A DNA stretch of 64,000 bases. Source: Anaeramoeba ignava BMAN (taxonomy: Eukaryota > Protista > Anaeramoebae). Where the stretch lies: positions 372,001-436,000 of the forward strand of contig JAPDFW010000103.1 in the NCBI GenBank assembly GCA_028826165.1, in the 5' to 3' direction. This document shows, piece after piece, positions 26,113 to 40,073 of the stretch; positions within the stretch are counted from its first letter, which is position 1, and each line of letters starts with the position of its first letter. The position numbers and the translations under genes are program-made. A model generated the notes under the pieces. It was not told the DNA's origin and did not search any database. It worked only from the letters and a program-made list of their open reading frames with translations.

Positions 26113-28922
26113 ATGGGAAATTGCTGTCAAAATGAATTTTCCGAAGAACGAAAAGCATTAATTCAAAGGAATAACATAATTGAAAAAGAAATGAAAAAAG
26201 AAAAAAGCAAAGCAAATTCTCCACAAAATAAAATTCTATTACTTGGTAATTAAAACAATAATAAAAAAAAGCAATAATAAAACTGAAGCATCAAAAAATA
26301 ACAAACAATTTGAAAATATGAAAAAAAGGTGCTGGAGAATCAGGAAAAAGTACATTATTTAAGCAAATGAAATTATTACAAAATGGGAAATTTTCTGATC
26401 AAGATGTTGAATATTTTAAACCTCATATTTATTATAATTGTATTACACAAATGAAAGTACTTGTTCTTGCTGCAGAAAGATTAGGGATTCCAATTGATAA
26501 TACTGTAATTTAATCAATTTATAAAATCAATTTATAAAATTAAAATTAAAATTCAATTTAAATTCAAATTTAATTCAAATTCAAATTTAAATTATAATAA
26601 TTTAAAAGGAAATTGCTGAAAAAATTAAAGAAATCAAAGTTACAGATTTAAAATGGAATGATTTATTTACAGATTGGATAAAAATTTTATGGAAAGATCC
26701 AGGAATTCAAAAAACATATGAATTTAAAGATACAAATTTTCAATTAAATGAATCAAGTTCATAGTAATTATTTATTTAAAAATTAAATTAAATTTAAATT
26801 AAATTCAAAATTGAAATGGAATTAAATTTAAAATGGAATTTAAATTAAATTTAAAATGGAATTAAATTTAAAATGGAATTAAATTTAAAATGGAATTAAA
26901 TTTAAAATGAAATTAAATTTAAAATGAAATTAAATTTAAAATGAAATTAAATTTAAAATGGAATTAAATTTAAAATGAAATTAAATTTAAAATGGAATTA
27001 AATTTAAAATGGAATTAAATTTAAAATGAAATTAAATTTAAAATGGAATTAAATTTAAAATGGAATTAAATTTAAAATAGAATTGAAATGGAATTAAATT
27101 TAAAATGGAATTAAAATTAAATTTAAAATGAAATTAAATTTAAAATGAAATTAAATTTGAAATGGAATTAAATTTAAAATTAAATTAAATTTAAAATGGA
27201 ATTAAATTTGAAATGAGATTAAATTTGAAATAAAATTAAAATTAAAATGGAATTAAATTTAAAATGGAATTAAATTTAAAATGAAATTAAATTTAAAATG
27301 GAATTAAATTTAAAATGAAATTAAATTTAAAATGGAATTAAATTTAAAATGAAATTAAATTTAAAATGGAATTAAATTTAAAATGGAATTAAATTTAAAA
27401 TGAAATTAAATTTAAAATGGAATTAAAATATAAAATGAAATTAAATTTAAAATGGAATTAAATTTAAAATGGAATTAAATTAAATTAAATTTAAAATGGA
27501 ATTAAATTTAAATTGAAATGAAATTGAATTAAAATGAAATTAAATTTAAAATGGAATTAAATTTAAAATGAAATTAAAATTAAAATGAAATTAAATTTAA
27601 AATAGAATTAAATTTGAAATGGAATTAAAATGGAATTAAAAATGAAATTAAATTTAAAATGGAATTAAATTTAAATTAAAATTAAAAAATGAAATTAAAT
27701 TTAAAATGAAATTAAATTTAAAAATGAAATTAAATTTAAAATTAAAATTAAATTTAAAAATGAATTAAATTTAAAATTAAATTAAATTTAAAATGGAATT
27801 AAATTTAAAATGAAATTAAATTTAAAAATGAAATTAAATTTAAAATGAAATTAAATTTAAAATGAAATTAAATTTAAAATGAAATTAAATTTAAAATGAA
27901 ATTAAATTTAAAATAGAATTAAAATGAAATTAAATTTAAAATGGAATTAAATTTAAAATGAAATTAAATTTAAAATGAAATTAAATTTGAAATGGAATTA
28001 AATTTATAAATAATAATTTTTTGATAAAAAAAAAGTTTCTTTGAAAATATTGAAAGAATTGGAGCAAATGATTATATTCCAACAAGAGATGATATTCTTC
28101 GAGTTAGATCAAGAACAGAACAAATAGAACAAGCATTATTTAAAGTTCATGATTTGGAATTTGTTTTAATTGATGTTGGAGGACAAAGAACAGCAAGAAG
28201 AAAATGGTTAAAAAAAACTATTTATAAAATTATTTAATATTAATATTAAAATTAAATTAAATCATTTTGAATATATATTTTATAATTTTAGGATTCATTG
28301 TTTTGAAGATGTTACTACAGTTCTTTTTTGTGCTTCTCTGGTTGATTATGATCAAACACTTAGAGAAGATTTTACAGTTAATAGAATGAATGTAAATTTT
28401 CAAAAAGAAAATAAAAAGAAAAGAATTCATTTTAATTTTTGAAATCATTTTAAAACAAAACAAATCAAATCAAATCAAAAGGAATCTTTGGCTTTATTTC
28501 ATGAAATTTGTACAAGTCCTTGGTTTTTTGAATCTTCATTTGTTTTATTTTTAAACAAAAAAGATCTTTTAAAAGAAAAAGTGAAGAAAAGAGATCCAAG
28601 TGTTTTTTTTAAAGATTATTCTGGTATTTTTATTTAAAATCAAAACAAAATTAAAATCTAAAATCAAATCCAAAAATTAAAATCCAAAAATTAAAATCCA
28701 AAAATTAAAATTAAAAAAAAAGGAAAACCAAATAATTATAAAGATTCTTATCTTTTTATTAAAGATAAATTTCAAAAATCAAGTGATTTACAAAATAATC
28801 CAACAAGACCTCTTTATATTTTTAAAACTTGTGCAATTGATACTAAAAATATTGATAAAATTTTTAAATCAGTTTCAGATACAATTATGAGAATTTCTGC
28901 TCAAAATGTTGGAATAATTTAA
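26113..28922 (+). CDS. Heterotrimeric G protein alpha subunit
   Basis: Exons 26113-26245, 26329-26504, 26609-26763, 28036-28206, 28292-28391, 28482-28623, 28722-28922. MGNCC acylation motif, [30 protein letters not shown]. Confidence 0.95.
26800..28010. repeat. Intronic 17-bp minisatellite (AAAATG[G/A]AATTAAATTT)n
   Basis: Fills G-alpha intron 3. Confidence 0.9.
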
Positions 28923-29248
28923 ATTAATCAGTTTAACAGAAAAATAATTTGGTTTTTTTTTTTTTTTATTAAGTTGATTAAGATTGAAAAAGTCAACTTA
29001 ATGAATTGAATTTTGAAGAAAAAAAAAATTCATTTATAATTTTTTTTTCATTTTCTTATTCAATTCATTCTTTTTTTTTTTGATTTCTTTTTCAATAATT
29101 AATTCTTTTTTCTTTCTTCTTTTCTTTCTTTAATTTTCATTATTTTCCAAATTTTTGATTTAAATTGAATCAAATCAATGAAAACAAGAATAAAAATGTT
29201 CTTTTGAAATCAAAAGAATTTGAAATAAATTAAGTTTTTTTTTTGATT

Positions 29249-32200
29249 CTAATTATCACTATCATTATCATTATCATTATCATTATCATTATCATTTTCA
29301 TTTTCATTTTCATTATCATTTTCATTTTCACTAACTGTATTATCATTTTCATTATCATTTTCATTTTCACTAACTGTATTATCATTTTCATTATCATTAT
29401 CATTATCATTATTATTTTCATTTTCATTTTGATTTTCATTATCATTTTGATTTTGATTTTCATTTTCATTTTGATTTTCATTTTCATTTTCATTTTGATT
29501 TTTTTGATTTTGATTTTGATTTTGATTTTGATTTTGATTTTCTTTTAATTTTTGAATCTTTAATTCTAATTTGGAAATTTTCCCAAGATTTTCTGTAATT
29601 TTTAGTTGAAATGTACCACAAGCATCAAAATCATTTTCTTTACTAGATTTTTCAATTTTTTGATCAAGTTCAATATTTTCTTCTTTTAATTTTTGACAAC
29701 TTTCAATTAATTCTTCATAATTTTCATTTTCATTTTCATTTTCATTTTCATTTTCATTTTCATTTTCATTTTCATTTTCATTTTCATTTTCATTTTCATT
29801 TTCATTTTCATTTTCATTTTCATTTTCATTTTCATTTTCATTTTCATTTTCTTTTTCATTTTCATTTAAATCAATCTTATCTCCTAAAATTTTCATAATT
29901 ACTTGATTTTCAACTTTAAACAATTCAAATTGAGCTTGTAAAAAATTATCATCGTTTTTCAATTCACTTTAAAGAAGTTAATGGAAAAAAATAATTTAAT
30001 TTTTTAATTTTAATTTTTCAATCATTTAATTTTTCAATTTTTTTACCTCATTTCTTCCTTATTATATTTTTCAATCTTTGATTTTAAAAACTTCACTCTT
30101 TTTTGATAAAAATCTTCCACTTTCGATTGATATTCTGATACTGATTTTAACTTATTAGTTTTACTTGATTCAATTTCTCTCATTAAATCACTGAGTTTTT
30201 GAGATAAATCATTCAATCTCTCCTCATTTTTTTTAGAATTTTCTTGAGATTCTTTAATTTTTTGAGAAATTGATTTGACTGCTTTTACATTTTTAAATGA
30301 AATTGCAAATTCTTTTTGTTTAATAAGTTCAGGAATTAATGTTTCAATAAATTTAATTTGATTTTTTAATAAAAATATTTCCTCATTTGTTAAAATGGTA
30401 TTTTGAGAAATTGATAATTCATGATCTTCCAAATTTCTAATTTTGCTTTCATATTCTGCAATTTCTTTATGAAAATGTGATTTTTGTTGTAATTCATCTT
30501 CTTGTTCTCTTTTATTATCTTGTATTCCATTTTCAAATTTTTCAAGTTCTTTAATTTTTTTGTTTTCATTTTCAATTAACAAATTAATGTTTTGAATTGA
30601 TTCTTCAAACTCAATTTTTAATTGTTTAAACTTGTTTGTTTCATTTTCAAATGATGATGTTTTTTTTTCCAATGTTTTTTGCTTTTTTTCAAATTGTTCT
30701 TGCCGTTTTTTCAATTCCATCTCTTGATTTTCAAATTCTTGAGTTTCTGTTTTAAATTTAGATTTTATAAGATCAATATTACTTTGAATTTCTTTGATTG
30801 TTAAACGGTTTTTTTTGAGTTGTTTTTTATCTTGTTTGATTTTTTCTTTTAAATCAAGTATTTTTTGCTTAAATTTTTTAAAAATTAAATTGAATTAAAA
30901 AAATTGAATTAAAAAAATTGAATTAAAAAATGATTTATTTACTTCTGTTTCTTTTTCTTGTGATTCTTTTGATTTAATTTCTTCAGAAATCGTTTTTGTT
31001 TTTTCATTCATTTTTTCTTCTATATTTTGTTTATCTTTTTCAAATTGAACAGATTCTTGTTGGTATTTTTGATTTAAAAGTGTTTTGTTTTCATTTTGTT
31101 TCGTCATTTCCAATTTAAGCATTTCTAATTTTTCATCTGCTTTTTCAGAATATAAACTAAATTGGTTCTTCATTTCAATCTAAATCAAACAAAAAAAATA
31201 ATTAAAAATTTGGAAATTTAAATAATAAATTAATATACATTATTTTGACTAGTTTTCTCTTTTTTCTGTTTTAATTTATCAAGAGATTCTTCAAATGATT
31301 TGATTTTATTGTTTTCTATTTCTGTTAATTTATTATTGACTTCTTTGTGCTCTTTTTGTAAAGCTTGAATTTCTTTATGTGTTTCTTGGATTTCATGCAT
31401 TAATTGTTCTGCAAATTCAAAATCTGCTTCTCCAGTTGCTTTTACTTGTTGTTTTTCTTTTTCTTTGATTTCTTTCCTTTTTTCAGTCATTTTTTCAAAG
31501 ATTTGTTTTTTCTCGATTAAAATTTGTTTTTCTTTTTCTTTTAAATTTTTCAAGTTTGTTTCAATTTTTTGGTTTGTTGATGAAGTTTTCGGAGTTTTTA
31601 AAGTCTGGAAAATATTGAGTATTTTTGATAATTCATTAAATATTTGGAGAAAGGAATTTTTTTGTTCTTTGTTTGAATCAATATTTGAATCAATATTTGA
31701 TTTATTTTTTGATTTATTTTTTGATTTATTTTTTGATTCAATTTTTGATTTATTTTTTGATTCAATTTTTGATTCAATTTTCTTGTATAATTCAGGTTTT
31801 TGTGTTTCATTTTGTGTTTCATTTTGTGTTTCATTTTGTGTTTCATTTTGTGTTTCATTTTGTGTTTCATTTTGTGTTTCATTTTGTGTTTCATTTTGTG
31901 TTTCATTTTTTGATTCAATTTTTGATTCAATTTTTGATTCAATTTTTGATTCAATTTTTGATTCAATTTTTGATTCAATTTTTGATTCATTTTTCTTGTA
32001 TAATTCAGGTTTTTGTGTTTCATTTTGTGATTCATTTTGTGTTTCATTTTTTAATTCATTTTGTGTTTCATTTTGTGATTCATTTTGTGTTTCATTTTGT
32101 GTTTCATTTTGTGTTTCATTTTGTGTTTCATTTTGTGTTTCATTTTGTGTTTCATTTTGTGTTTCATTTTTTAATTCATTTTGTGTTTCATTTTCTTTTT

Positions 32201-32788
32201 TTTTCATTTCTTCTAATCCAACTTGAATAGCATTTGATGGATCTAAATCTCTTAAATAACCAGGTTTCTTTGTTGTAATTTTTTTCTTTTTTTTCTTTCT
32301 GTTTTGAAGAATTTTTGGATTAATTTTTGGATTAATTTTTGGTTCTAAAAAAAAATTTGAAAATAAAAGAAGAATTATTTTTAAAATTTGATTTGATTTG
32401 ATTTGATTTGAATTTTTTTACTTTGTTTTTTTATTGGTTTTTTTTTCGGTTTTTGGGTTGATTTTGTAAATGAAAATGAATTTGTTTGTTCTGTTTGAGT
32501 TTCATTATTTTCAATTCCTTTTGATTGATTTAGAAAACCAAAAGCTGAATTTGTTTCTTGACTAAAAAAATAAAGAGAAAAAAATTATTTAAATAAATTT
32601 AAATTATTGAAAAAGAAAAATTTTTTTTTTTTCGCTTTTTATTTCATTTTTTTTTACTTCGTTTCTTTTTGTGATTCTGTTGGCATATTTAATCCTGAGA
32701 ATAAACTAAATCCATTTCCTTGTTGTTCTTGTTGATTTTGTTGAAATAAAGAAGAATTATTTGATTGATTTTTTTCTGAATCACTCAT
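29249..32788 (-). CDS. Long coiled-coil protein with UVR-like (E-D-F-E-x-A) motifs
   Basis: Exons 32788-32658, 32561-32422, 32344-31239, 31179-30943, 30867-30047, 29966-29249 join in frame. Motifs FSLFSGLN, SAFGFLN, RKKKRKKITTKKPGYLRD, QVKATGEADFEFAEQL, ENDFDACG; coding ETQN/ESKI/EN repeats. Confidence 0.75.
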
Positions 32789-32990
32789 TTTATTAAAAAT
32801 GAAAAAAATGAAAAAAATGAAAAAAATGAAAAAAATGAAAAAAATGAAAATATTATTTTTTAATTTGATTTAATTTAATTTAAAAAAGTGGAATGGAAAA
32901 ATTTTTCTTTTTTATTGAATTCTTTTTAATTAGATTTGATTTTTAAATGAAAGAAATAAATTTTATTATTATTTTCTTCATTTTATTATT

Positions 32991-35217
32991 TTATTTTCTT
33001 CTTGGAGGACGAATTTTCTTCTCAAATGTATTTGTAATTGGTCTTCTCAATATTTCTTCATCAGAAATTAATGATTTCTATTTTTAATTAAAATTGATTT
33101 TGATTTAAATTTGATTTAATATTGATTTAATTTTGATTTAATTTGATTTAATTTAAATTTGATTTAAATTTGATTTTGATTTTAATTTAAAATTGATTTA
33201 AAATTGATTTAAAATTGATTTAAATTTGATTTAAATTTAATTTAATTTTGATTTAATTTTGATTTAAATTTGATTTAATATTGATTTAATTTTGATTTAA
33301 ATTTGATTTAATATTGATTTAAATTTGATTTAAATTTAATTTAATTTTGATTTAAATTTGATTTAATTTTAATTTAAATTTAATTTAATTTTGATTTAAA
33401 TTTGATTTAAATTTGATTTAAATTTGATTTAATATTGATTTAATTTTGATTTATTTTTAATTAAAATTGAGGATTTAAATTTGATTTAAATTTATTTAAA
33501 TTTGATTTAATTTTGATTTAATTTTGATTTATTTTTAATTAAAATTGATTTTGATTTAAATTTGATTTGATTTTGATTTTAAATTAAATTTGATTTAAAT
33601 TTAAATTTGATTTAATTTAAATTTTGATTTAAATTTGATTTAAATTTGATTTAAATTTGATTTAAATTTGATTTAAATTTGATTTAAATTTAATTTGATT
33701 TAAATTTGATTTAATTTTGATTTAAATTTGATTTAATTTTGATTTAAATTTGATTTAATTTTGATTTAATTTTGATTTAATTTTGATTTAATTTTGATTT
33801 AATTTTGATTTAAATTTGATTTAAATTTAATTACAGGAAGCCGTATAAAATCATGCAAAGGAACTTGAGGTAATTCAACATTTTGTGAAATTGATTGATT
33901 CTTATTCTTTCTATTTAGAATTTGATCCAAATTCTGAGTTTTAATTTTATTTTTTCGATTAGAACGAACATTTTTATTTGAACGAAAAACAGAATTATCA
34001 TTATCATTAACATTATCATTCTCATTTTCATTCTCATTATCACTATCAACATTAGATTCCAAAAGAGTAGGTGCATTTAAATAATTTTCTTTAGCTTGAT
34101 TTTCCCACATTTTTTTATAATCGGATTGCAAATCCAAAGCTTGTCTGATCCATTTATCAAGTAATTCTCTAGAGATTCTTCCAACTGGAGACGATGGATC
34201 AGAGGATAAAGAAATTTCTCTTATTATTTTTCCAATTCCAGTTTCTTTTAAAATTTCCGTTGAAATGGAAAATTTGGAAATTATTTCAAGACAGAATTTT
34301 TGGATCAATTTGTTCGGTTTTGATAAATCTGGAAGTGGCAAAAGCCATTTCTTAATCACTTCAAAAATCCCACACGAAATCAATGCGTTGTGATTTTCGT
34401 GATTATTCAAATGCGGAGACACTTGTGGAATTAATTGCAATTTTGTAATTGCTGGTTTTGATATTCTATTTAATTCAATATCTTTTTCATTTGCTTCTTC
34501 CATTTGTATCAATATTTCTCTCATGTGAGACTCAATTTCTTCTTCTGTTCGTTTCGTTCTTGATCGGTTTTTCTTTTGCTTTGGTGTTTTTTCTTCTTCT
34601 TCTGATCCAAGTTGTATTCTGTCATTATTTTCACTATTTCTTCGTTTTTTACTATTTGTTCGTTTTTTTCCACTTTTTCCTTTTTTGCCTTTTTTTCTTT
34701 TTCCTTTCTTTCTTTTTGTGTTTGAATCCTCACTTTTTTTTGTTGATTTTCTTCGTTTCTTTTTTGTTGATCTTTTTTTTTTATCTTTTCTTTGTAATTT
34801 TTTGAGATTAATATCAAAATTATCATTATCTCCATCAAGATTTTCTTCCTCAATTGAATTTTCTTTATCCTTTTCATCTTGAGATTTAATTTCTGTGTCT
34901 TTTTCAATATCAGGATTATAATCATCAGAAGAATCATCTGAATTTTCAATTGAATTTTCAACTGAATTTTCAACTGAATTTTCTTTTTCAATTTCTTTTT
35001 CAATTTCTTTTTCAATTTCTTTTTCTAATTCTTCTTTGTTTTTTGTTCTAAGTGTTGAAAGATCGTTTTCATCATCTGATAAACTATTTTCATGTTGAAT
35101 AATTTCGATTTGATCTGATAATTCATCTAAATCATTTATTTCTTCAATTTTATTTTCATTTTCATTTGGATTTTCATTTAAATTGATTTTTTCTGTTTGG
35201 TTTGAGTTATTTTCCAT
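32991..35217 (-). CDS. IWS1: Transcription elongation factor IWS1/Spn1
   Basis: Exons 35217-33835 and 33077-32991. Acidic/basic N-terminus, then MEEANEKDIELNRISKPAITKL...WLLPLPDLSKPN...LKETGIGK...LLDKWIR (TFIIS-N/LW domain of IWS1). Confidence 0.88.
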
Positions 35218-35299
35218 TTACGAAAAAAAAATGAAATTGTGAAAGAAAAAAATGAAAATATTTTTTTTCTAAAATTTTTTTAATCAATTAAATAAACAA

Positions 35300-36295
35300 A
35301 AATAAAAATAGGTTTAATTTAATATTTAATTTATAAATTAATTTAAAAATATAATTTAATATTTAATTTCATTATTAAAATAATAATTTATTGTTTTAGA
35401 TTTAAATATTTTATTATTTAAATATTAAACATATAAATATAAAAAATAAGAATAGGTTTAATTTAATATTTAATTTATAAATTAATTTAAAAATATAATT
35501 TAATATTTAATTTTATGTTTAAAATAATAATTTAATGTTTTAGATTTAAATATTTTATTATTTAAATATTTAACATAAAAATATAAAAAATGAAAATAGA
35601 TTTAATTTAATATTTAATTTATAAATTAATTTAAAAATATAATTTAATATTTAATTTTTATTATTAAAATAATAATTTATTGTTTTAGATTTAAATATTT
35701 TATTATTTAAAATATTTAACATATAAATATAAAAATAAGAATAGATTTAATTTAATATTTAATTTATAAATTAATTTAAAAATATAATTTAATATTTAAT
35801 TTTATGTTTGAAATAATAATTTATTGTTTTAGATTTAAATATTTTATTATTTTAAATATTAAACATATAAATATAAAAATAAAAATAGATTTAATTTAAT
35901 ATTTAATTTATAAATTAATTTAAAATATAATTTAATATTTAATTTCATTATTAAAATAATAATTTAATGTTTTAAATTTAAATATTTTATTATTTAAAAA
36001 TATTTAACATAAAAATATAAAAATGAAAATAGATTTAATTTAATATTTAATTTATAAATTAATTTAAAAATATAATTTAATATTTAATTTCATTATTAAA
36101 ATAATAATTTATTGTTTTAGATTTAAATATTTTATTATTTAAATATTTAACATATAAATATAAAAATAAGAATAAATTTAATTTAATATTTAATTTATAA
36201 ATCAATTTAAAAATATAATTTAATATTTAATTTTATTATTAAAAATAATAATTTAATGTTTTAGATTTAAATATTTTATTATTTAAAAATATTTT
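35300..36295. repeat. About 7 tandem copies of a ~144-bp AT-rich satellite
   Basis: Unit anchors (G[G/A]TTTAATTTAATATTTAATTTATAAAT) at ~35311, 35455, 35599, 35744, 35888, 36032, 36175. Confidence 0.9.
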
Positions 36296-36728
36296 GAAAA
36301 TTGATTTTTGAAATTAAAATTTTATCTTTTTGAATTAAATTGAATTAATATTAATTTAGAAATTTGTTTTTAAATTTAAATTTATTAATAATTTTTAAAT
36401 TCCAAAAAAAAAAATTAAATTAAAAATTAAATTAAAATAATTTTCCTTTTTTTTTTAATAATAAAAATTAATAAAAAATAATAATAATTTATTAATAAAT
36501 TAATTTAAAATAATAAATTAAAAAGAAAATTAAATTAATTATTAATTTAAATTTATTCCTTATTTTTATATTTTTATTTATTTTCAAAATCCATTTTTTA
36601 TTTTTAAATTTTTAAATTTTTAAATTTTTAAATTTTTAAATTTTTCATTTTTCATTTTTCCTTTTTTAAACAACAAAACAAAAACAACAAAACAAAAAAC
36701 ACAAAAAACACAAAAAACAAAAAACAAA

Positions 36729-39073
36729 ATGGATAATAATAATAATAATAATAACCAAATTGAAAATGCAAATCAAAATGAAAATGAAAATGAAATGAAA
36801 AATTTAGAAAAAAAAGTAACAAAAAATTTAATTAAAGATTATTCAAACCTTTTAAATGGAAATTCATTTAAAGATTTTTCAATTTTTGTCGAGAATAAAT
36901 CAAATCCTTTTGAAATTAAAGTTCATAAATCAATTTTATCTTCAAGATCTCCTTTTTTTAATGAATCTTTAAGACAAGAATCTCTTTCTATTTCTTTTTA
37001 AATCAATTTAATAAAAAGAAATGGAATCAATTTTGAGTTATATTTATTATGGAAATATTTCTTTTGAGAATCAAGAAAATCTTCTCCAATTATTGGAAAT
37101 TTCAATTTATTTTAAATTAAATTTATTGAAAGAAATTATTCAAAAAAAAATTTCAAATTCAATTAATTATTCAAATTTTTTCCAATTTTTATTCCAAAAT
37201 CGAAATTTAAATTCAAATGAAATTGAAATAAAATGTTTTGAATTAATAAATCAAAATTTTTCCCAAATTCAGAATAATGAGAATTTATTCAATTTAACTA
37301 AAGAAGAAATTATCAAATTTATTCAATTTAAACAAGAAAAAAAAGAAATTTTTCAATTTGATTTTTTTCAATTTTTAAATAATTGGATTAAAAAAAGAGT
37401 TAAATCATTAAAATTAAAGAAATATAAACAGAAAATGAATGCAAAGAAAAGATTATTTCATTCTTTTTTTTCATTATTTGATAAAGATTCAATTTCAAAA
37501 CAAGATTTTGATAAATTAAAACAATTTGATATTTTTCTTCCAAATTATTTTTTAATTCATTTTGAAAGAACTATTTTTGAAATTCAAGATCAAGAAAATC
37601 AAACAAAAATCAAAGAAAATGAAAAGAAAATTAAAAGAAGAGATAAAAGAATCAAATTATTTGAATCTGAAACTCAAAATTTAAAACAAGAAAATCAAAA
37701 GAAAGAAAAAGATATTCAAAATCTAAAATCTGAAAATCAAAATCAAAAACAGGAAAATGAAAATAAAGAAAAGAAAATTAAATCATTTGAATCTGAAACT
37801 CAAAATTTAAAACAAGAAAATCAAAAGAAAGAAAAAGAAAATCAAAATTTAAAAAAAGAAAATCAAAAGAAAGAAAAAGATATTCAAAATCTAAAATCTG
37901 AAAATGAAAAGAAAGATAAGATTATCAAACAAAAAGATGAAGAAATTCAAAATCTTAAATTATCATTTGAAAAAGAAAATCAAAAAGAAGAATCAAAACA
38001 AAATGAAAATAAATTGTTGAAGATTTTTTCAAATTCAGAAATTATTAAAGATATTGAATATGTTAAGAAATTACAAGAATGGATAAATGATAATGATTTT
38101 TTTTCTAAAATGAAAAAAGGATTTTCAGCAAAAAGAGATGGATTTGATTCTCAAAATTGGCATAAAGCAGTTGATGATAAAGGAAAAACATTAGTTATTA
38201 TCAAAACAAAAGATAATTTTATTTTTGGAGGATTTACTCAAGTTGGATGGACAAATGATAAATCAAAATGGAGTGAAGAGCATGATGGAGGAGATTATGG
38301 ATATATTAAAGATGAAAATGCATTTATTTTTTCATTAAGAAATGATAAAGGAGATAGAAAACCAGAAAAGTTTACAATTAAACAAGGTCAAGAACAATAT
38401 GCAATTGAACATGATTTAAAAGATGGTCCAACTTTTGGAAGTAAATATAATAATAAATAATAATATTTCAATTTAAAATAAAATTAATTTTAAATTAAAT
38501 TATTATTAATTATTATTAAAATTAATTATTTATCTTTATTAAAATAGATCGTAAATAATTTATATTTAATAAATATTTATTATTATAATTAAAATTAAAT
38601 TAATAAATAATCTAAAATATTAATATAATAAATAATATTATTATTATTTCAATTTAAAATAAAATTAAATTTAAATTAAATTATTATTAATTATTATTAA
38701 AATTAATTATTTATCTTTATTAAAATAGATAGTAAATAATTTATATTTAATAAATATTTATTATTATAATTAAAATTAAATTAATAAATAATCCAAAATA
38801 TTAATATAATAAATAATATCAATATTTCAATTTAAAATAAAATTAATTTTAAATTAAATTATTATTAATTATTATTAAAATTAATTATTTATATTTATTA
38901 AAATAGATTTTGATTTTTATTTAGAAGATAAATTACAACCTGGTTATTCAGATTTTGGTCGAAGTTATAATCTACCTAATGGAATTACTTATAGAACAAA
39001 TGAAGCTCAAAGTTATTTAGCTGGTTCTTTTAAAAAATGGGTTGTTGATGAACTTGAGACTTATTTCATTTAA
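36729..39073 (+). CDS. BTB - coiled coil - TLDc protein (apparent frameshift near 36995-37020; possible pseudogene or homopolymer error)
   Basis: BTB start FEIKVHKSILSSRSPFF continues as MESILSYIYYG in another frame. TLDc (GFSAKRDGF...FIFGGFT...AFIFSL) is completed after intron 38441-38906 by exon 38907-39073 (SYLAGSFKKWVVDELETYFI*). Confidence 0.8.
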
Positions 39074-39309
39074 AAACTATTTTTCATTTTTTTTTCAAAA
39101 TTTAATTTTATTTTCTTTTACTTTTAATCAAATTAATTTCTTTAAAATAATAAATAAGAAACAAATCAAATTTTAAATAATTTAATTTTAATTTAAAATA
39201 TTTATTAAAAATTTAATTAATAAATTTTGAAAAATTGAATATTTTTTTTTAAGATAATAAACCAAAATAAAAATTGAAAATAGAAATTAATAATAATCAA
39301 ATTTAAAAT

Positions 39310-39910
39310 TTTTTATTATTTCAATTTAAAATAAAATAAATCTAAAATAAATTATTATTAATTATTATTAAAATTAAATATTTATTTTTATTAAAATATT
39401 TATTCCACTTTTTTTTAATATATTTTATTATAATTTAAAATTAAATTAATAAATAATTAATAATATTAATTCAATAAATAAAAATATTATATCAATTTAA
39501 AATAAAATAAATTTAAAATAAATTATTATTAATTATTATTAAAATTAAATATTTATCTTTATTAAAATATTTATTCCACTTTTTAAATATATTTTATTAT
39601 AATTAAAAATTAAATTAATAAATTAAAAATATTAATTTAATAAATAAAAATATTATATCAAATTAAAATAAAAATAAATTTAAAATAATTTATTATTAAA
39701 AATATTATTAAAATTAAATATTTATCTTTATTAAAAATATTTATTCCACTTTTTTTAATATATTTTATTATAATTAAAATTAAATTAATAAATAATTAAT
39801 AATATTATTCAATAAATAAAAATATTATATCAAATTAAAATAAAATAAATTTAAAATAAATTTATTATTAAATATTATTAAAATTAAATATTTATTTTTA
39901 TTAAAATATT
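39310..39910. repeat. ~170-bp satellite carrying TATTCCACTTT
   Basis: TATTCCAC at ~39401, 39572, 39742; same family as 41730-42710 and the intron at 38441-38906. Confidence 0.85.
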
Positions 39911-40073
39911 TCAATTTTCTTTTCAAATTTATTAAATTATTGGGAATAATTTTATATTATTTTAAATAAAGAAATGATTATAAAATATATAAAATAGAAT
40001 TAATTTCAAATTTAATTATTTAATATTCTTGATTTTATTTTTCATTTTTTTCTTTTCTATTTTTTAATTAAAA

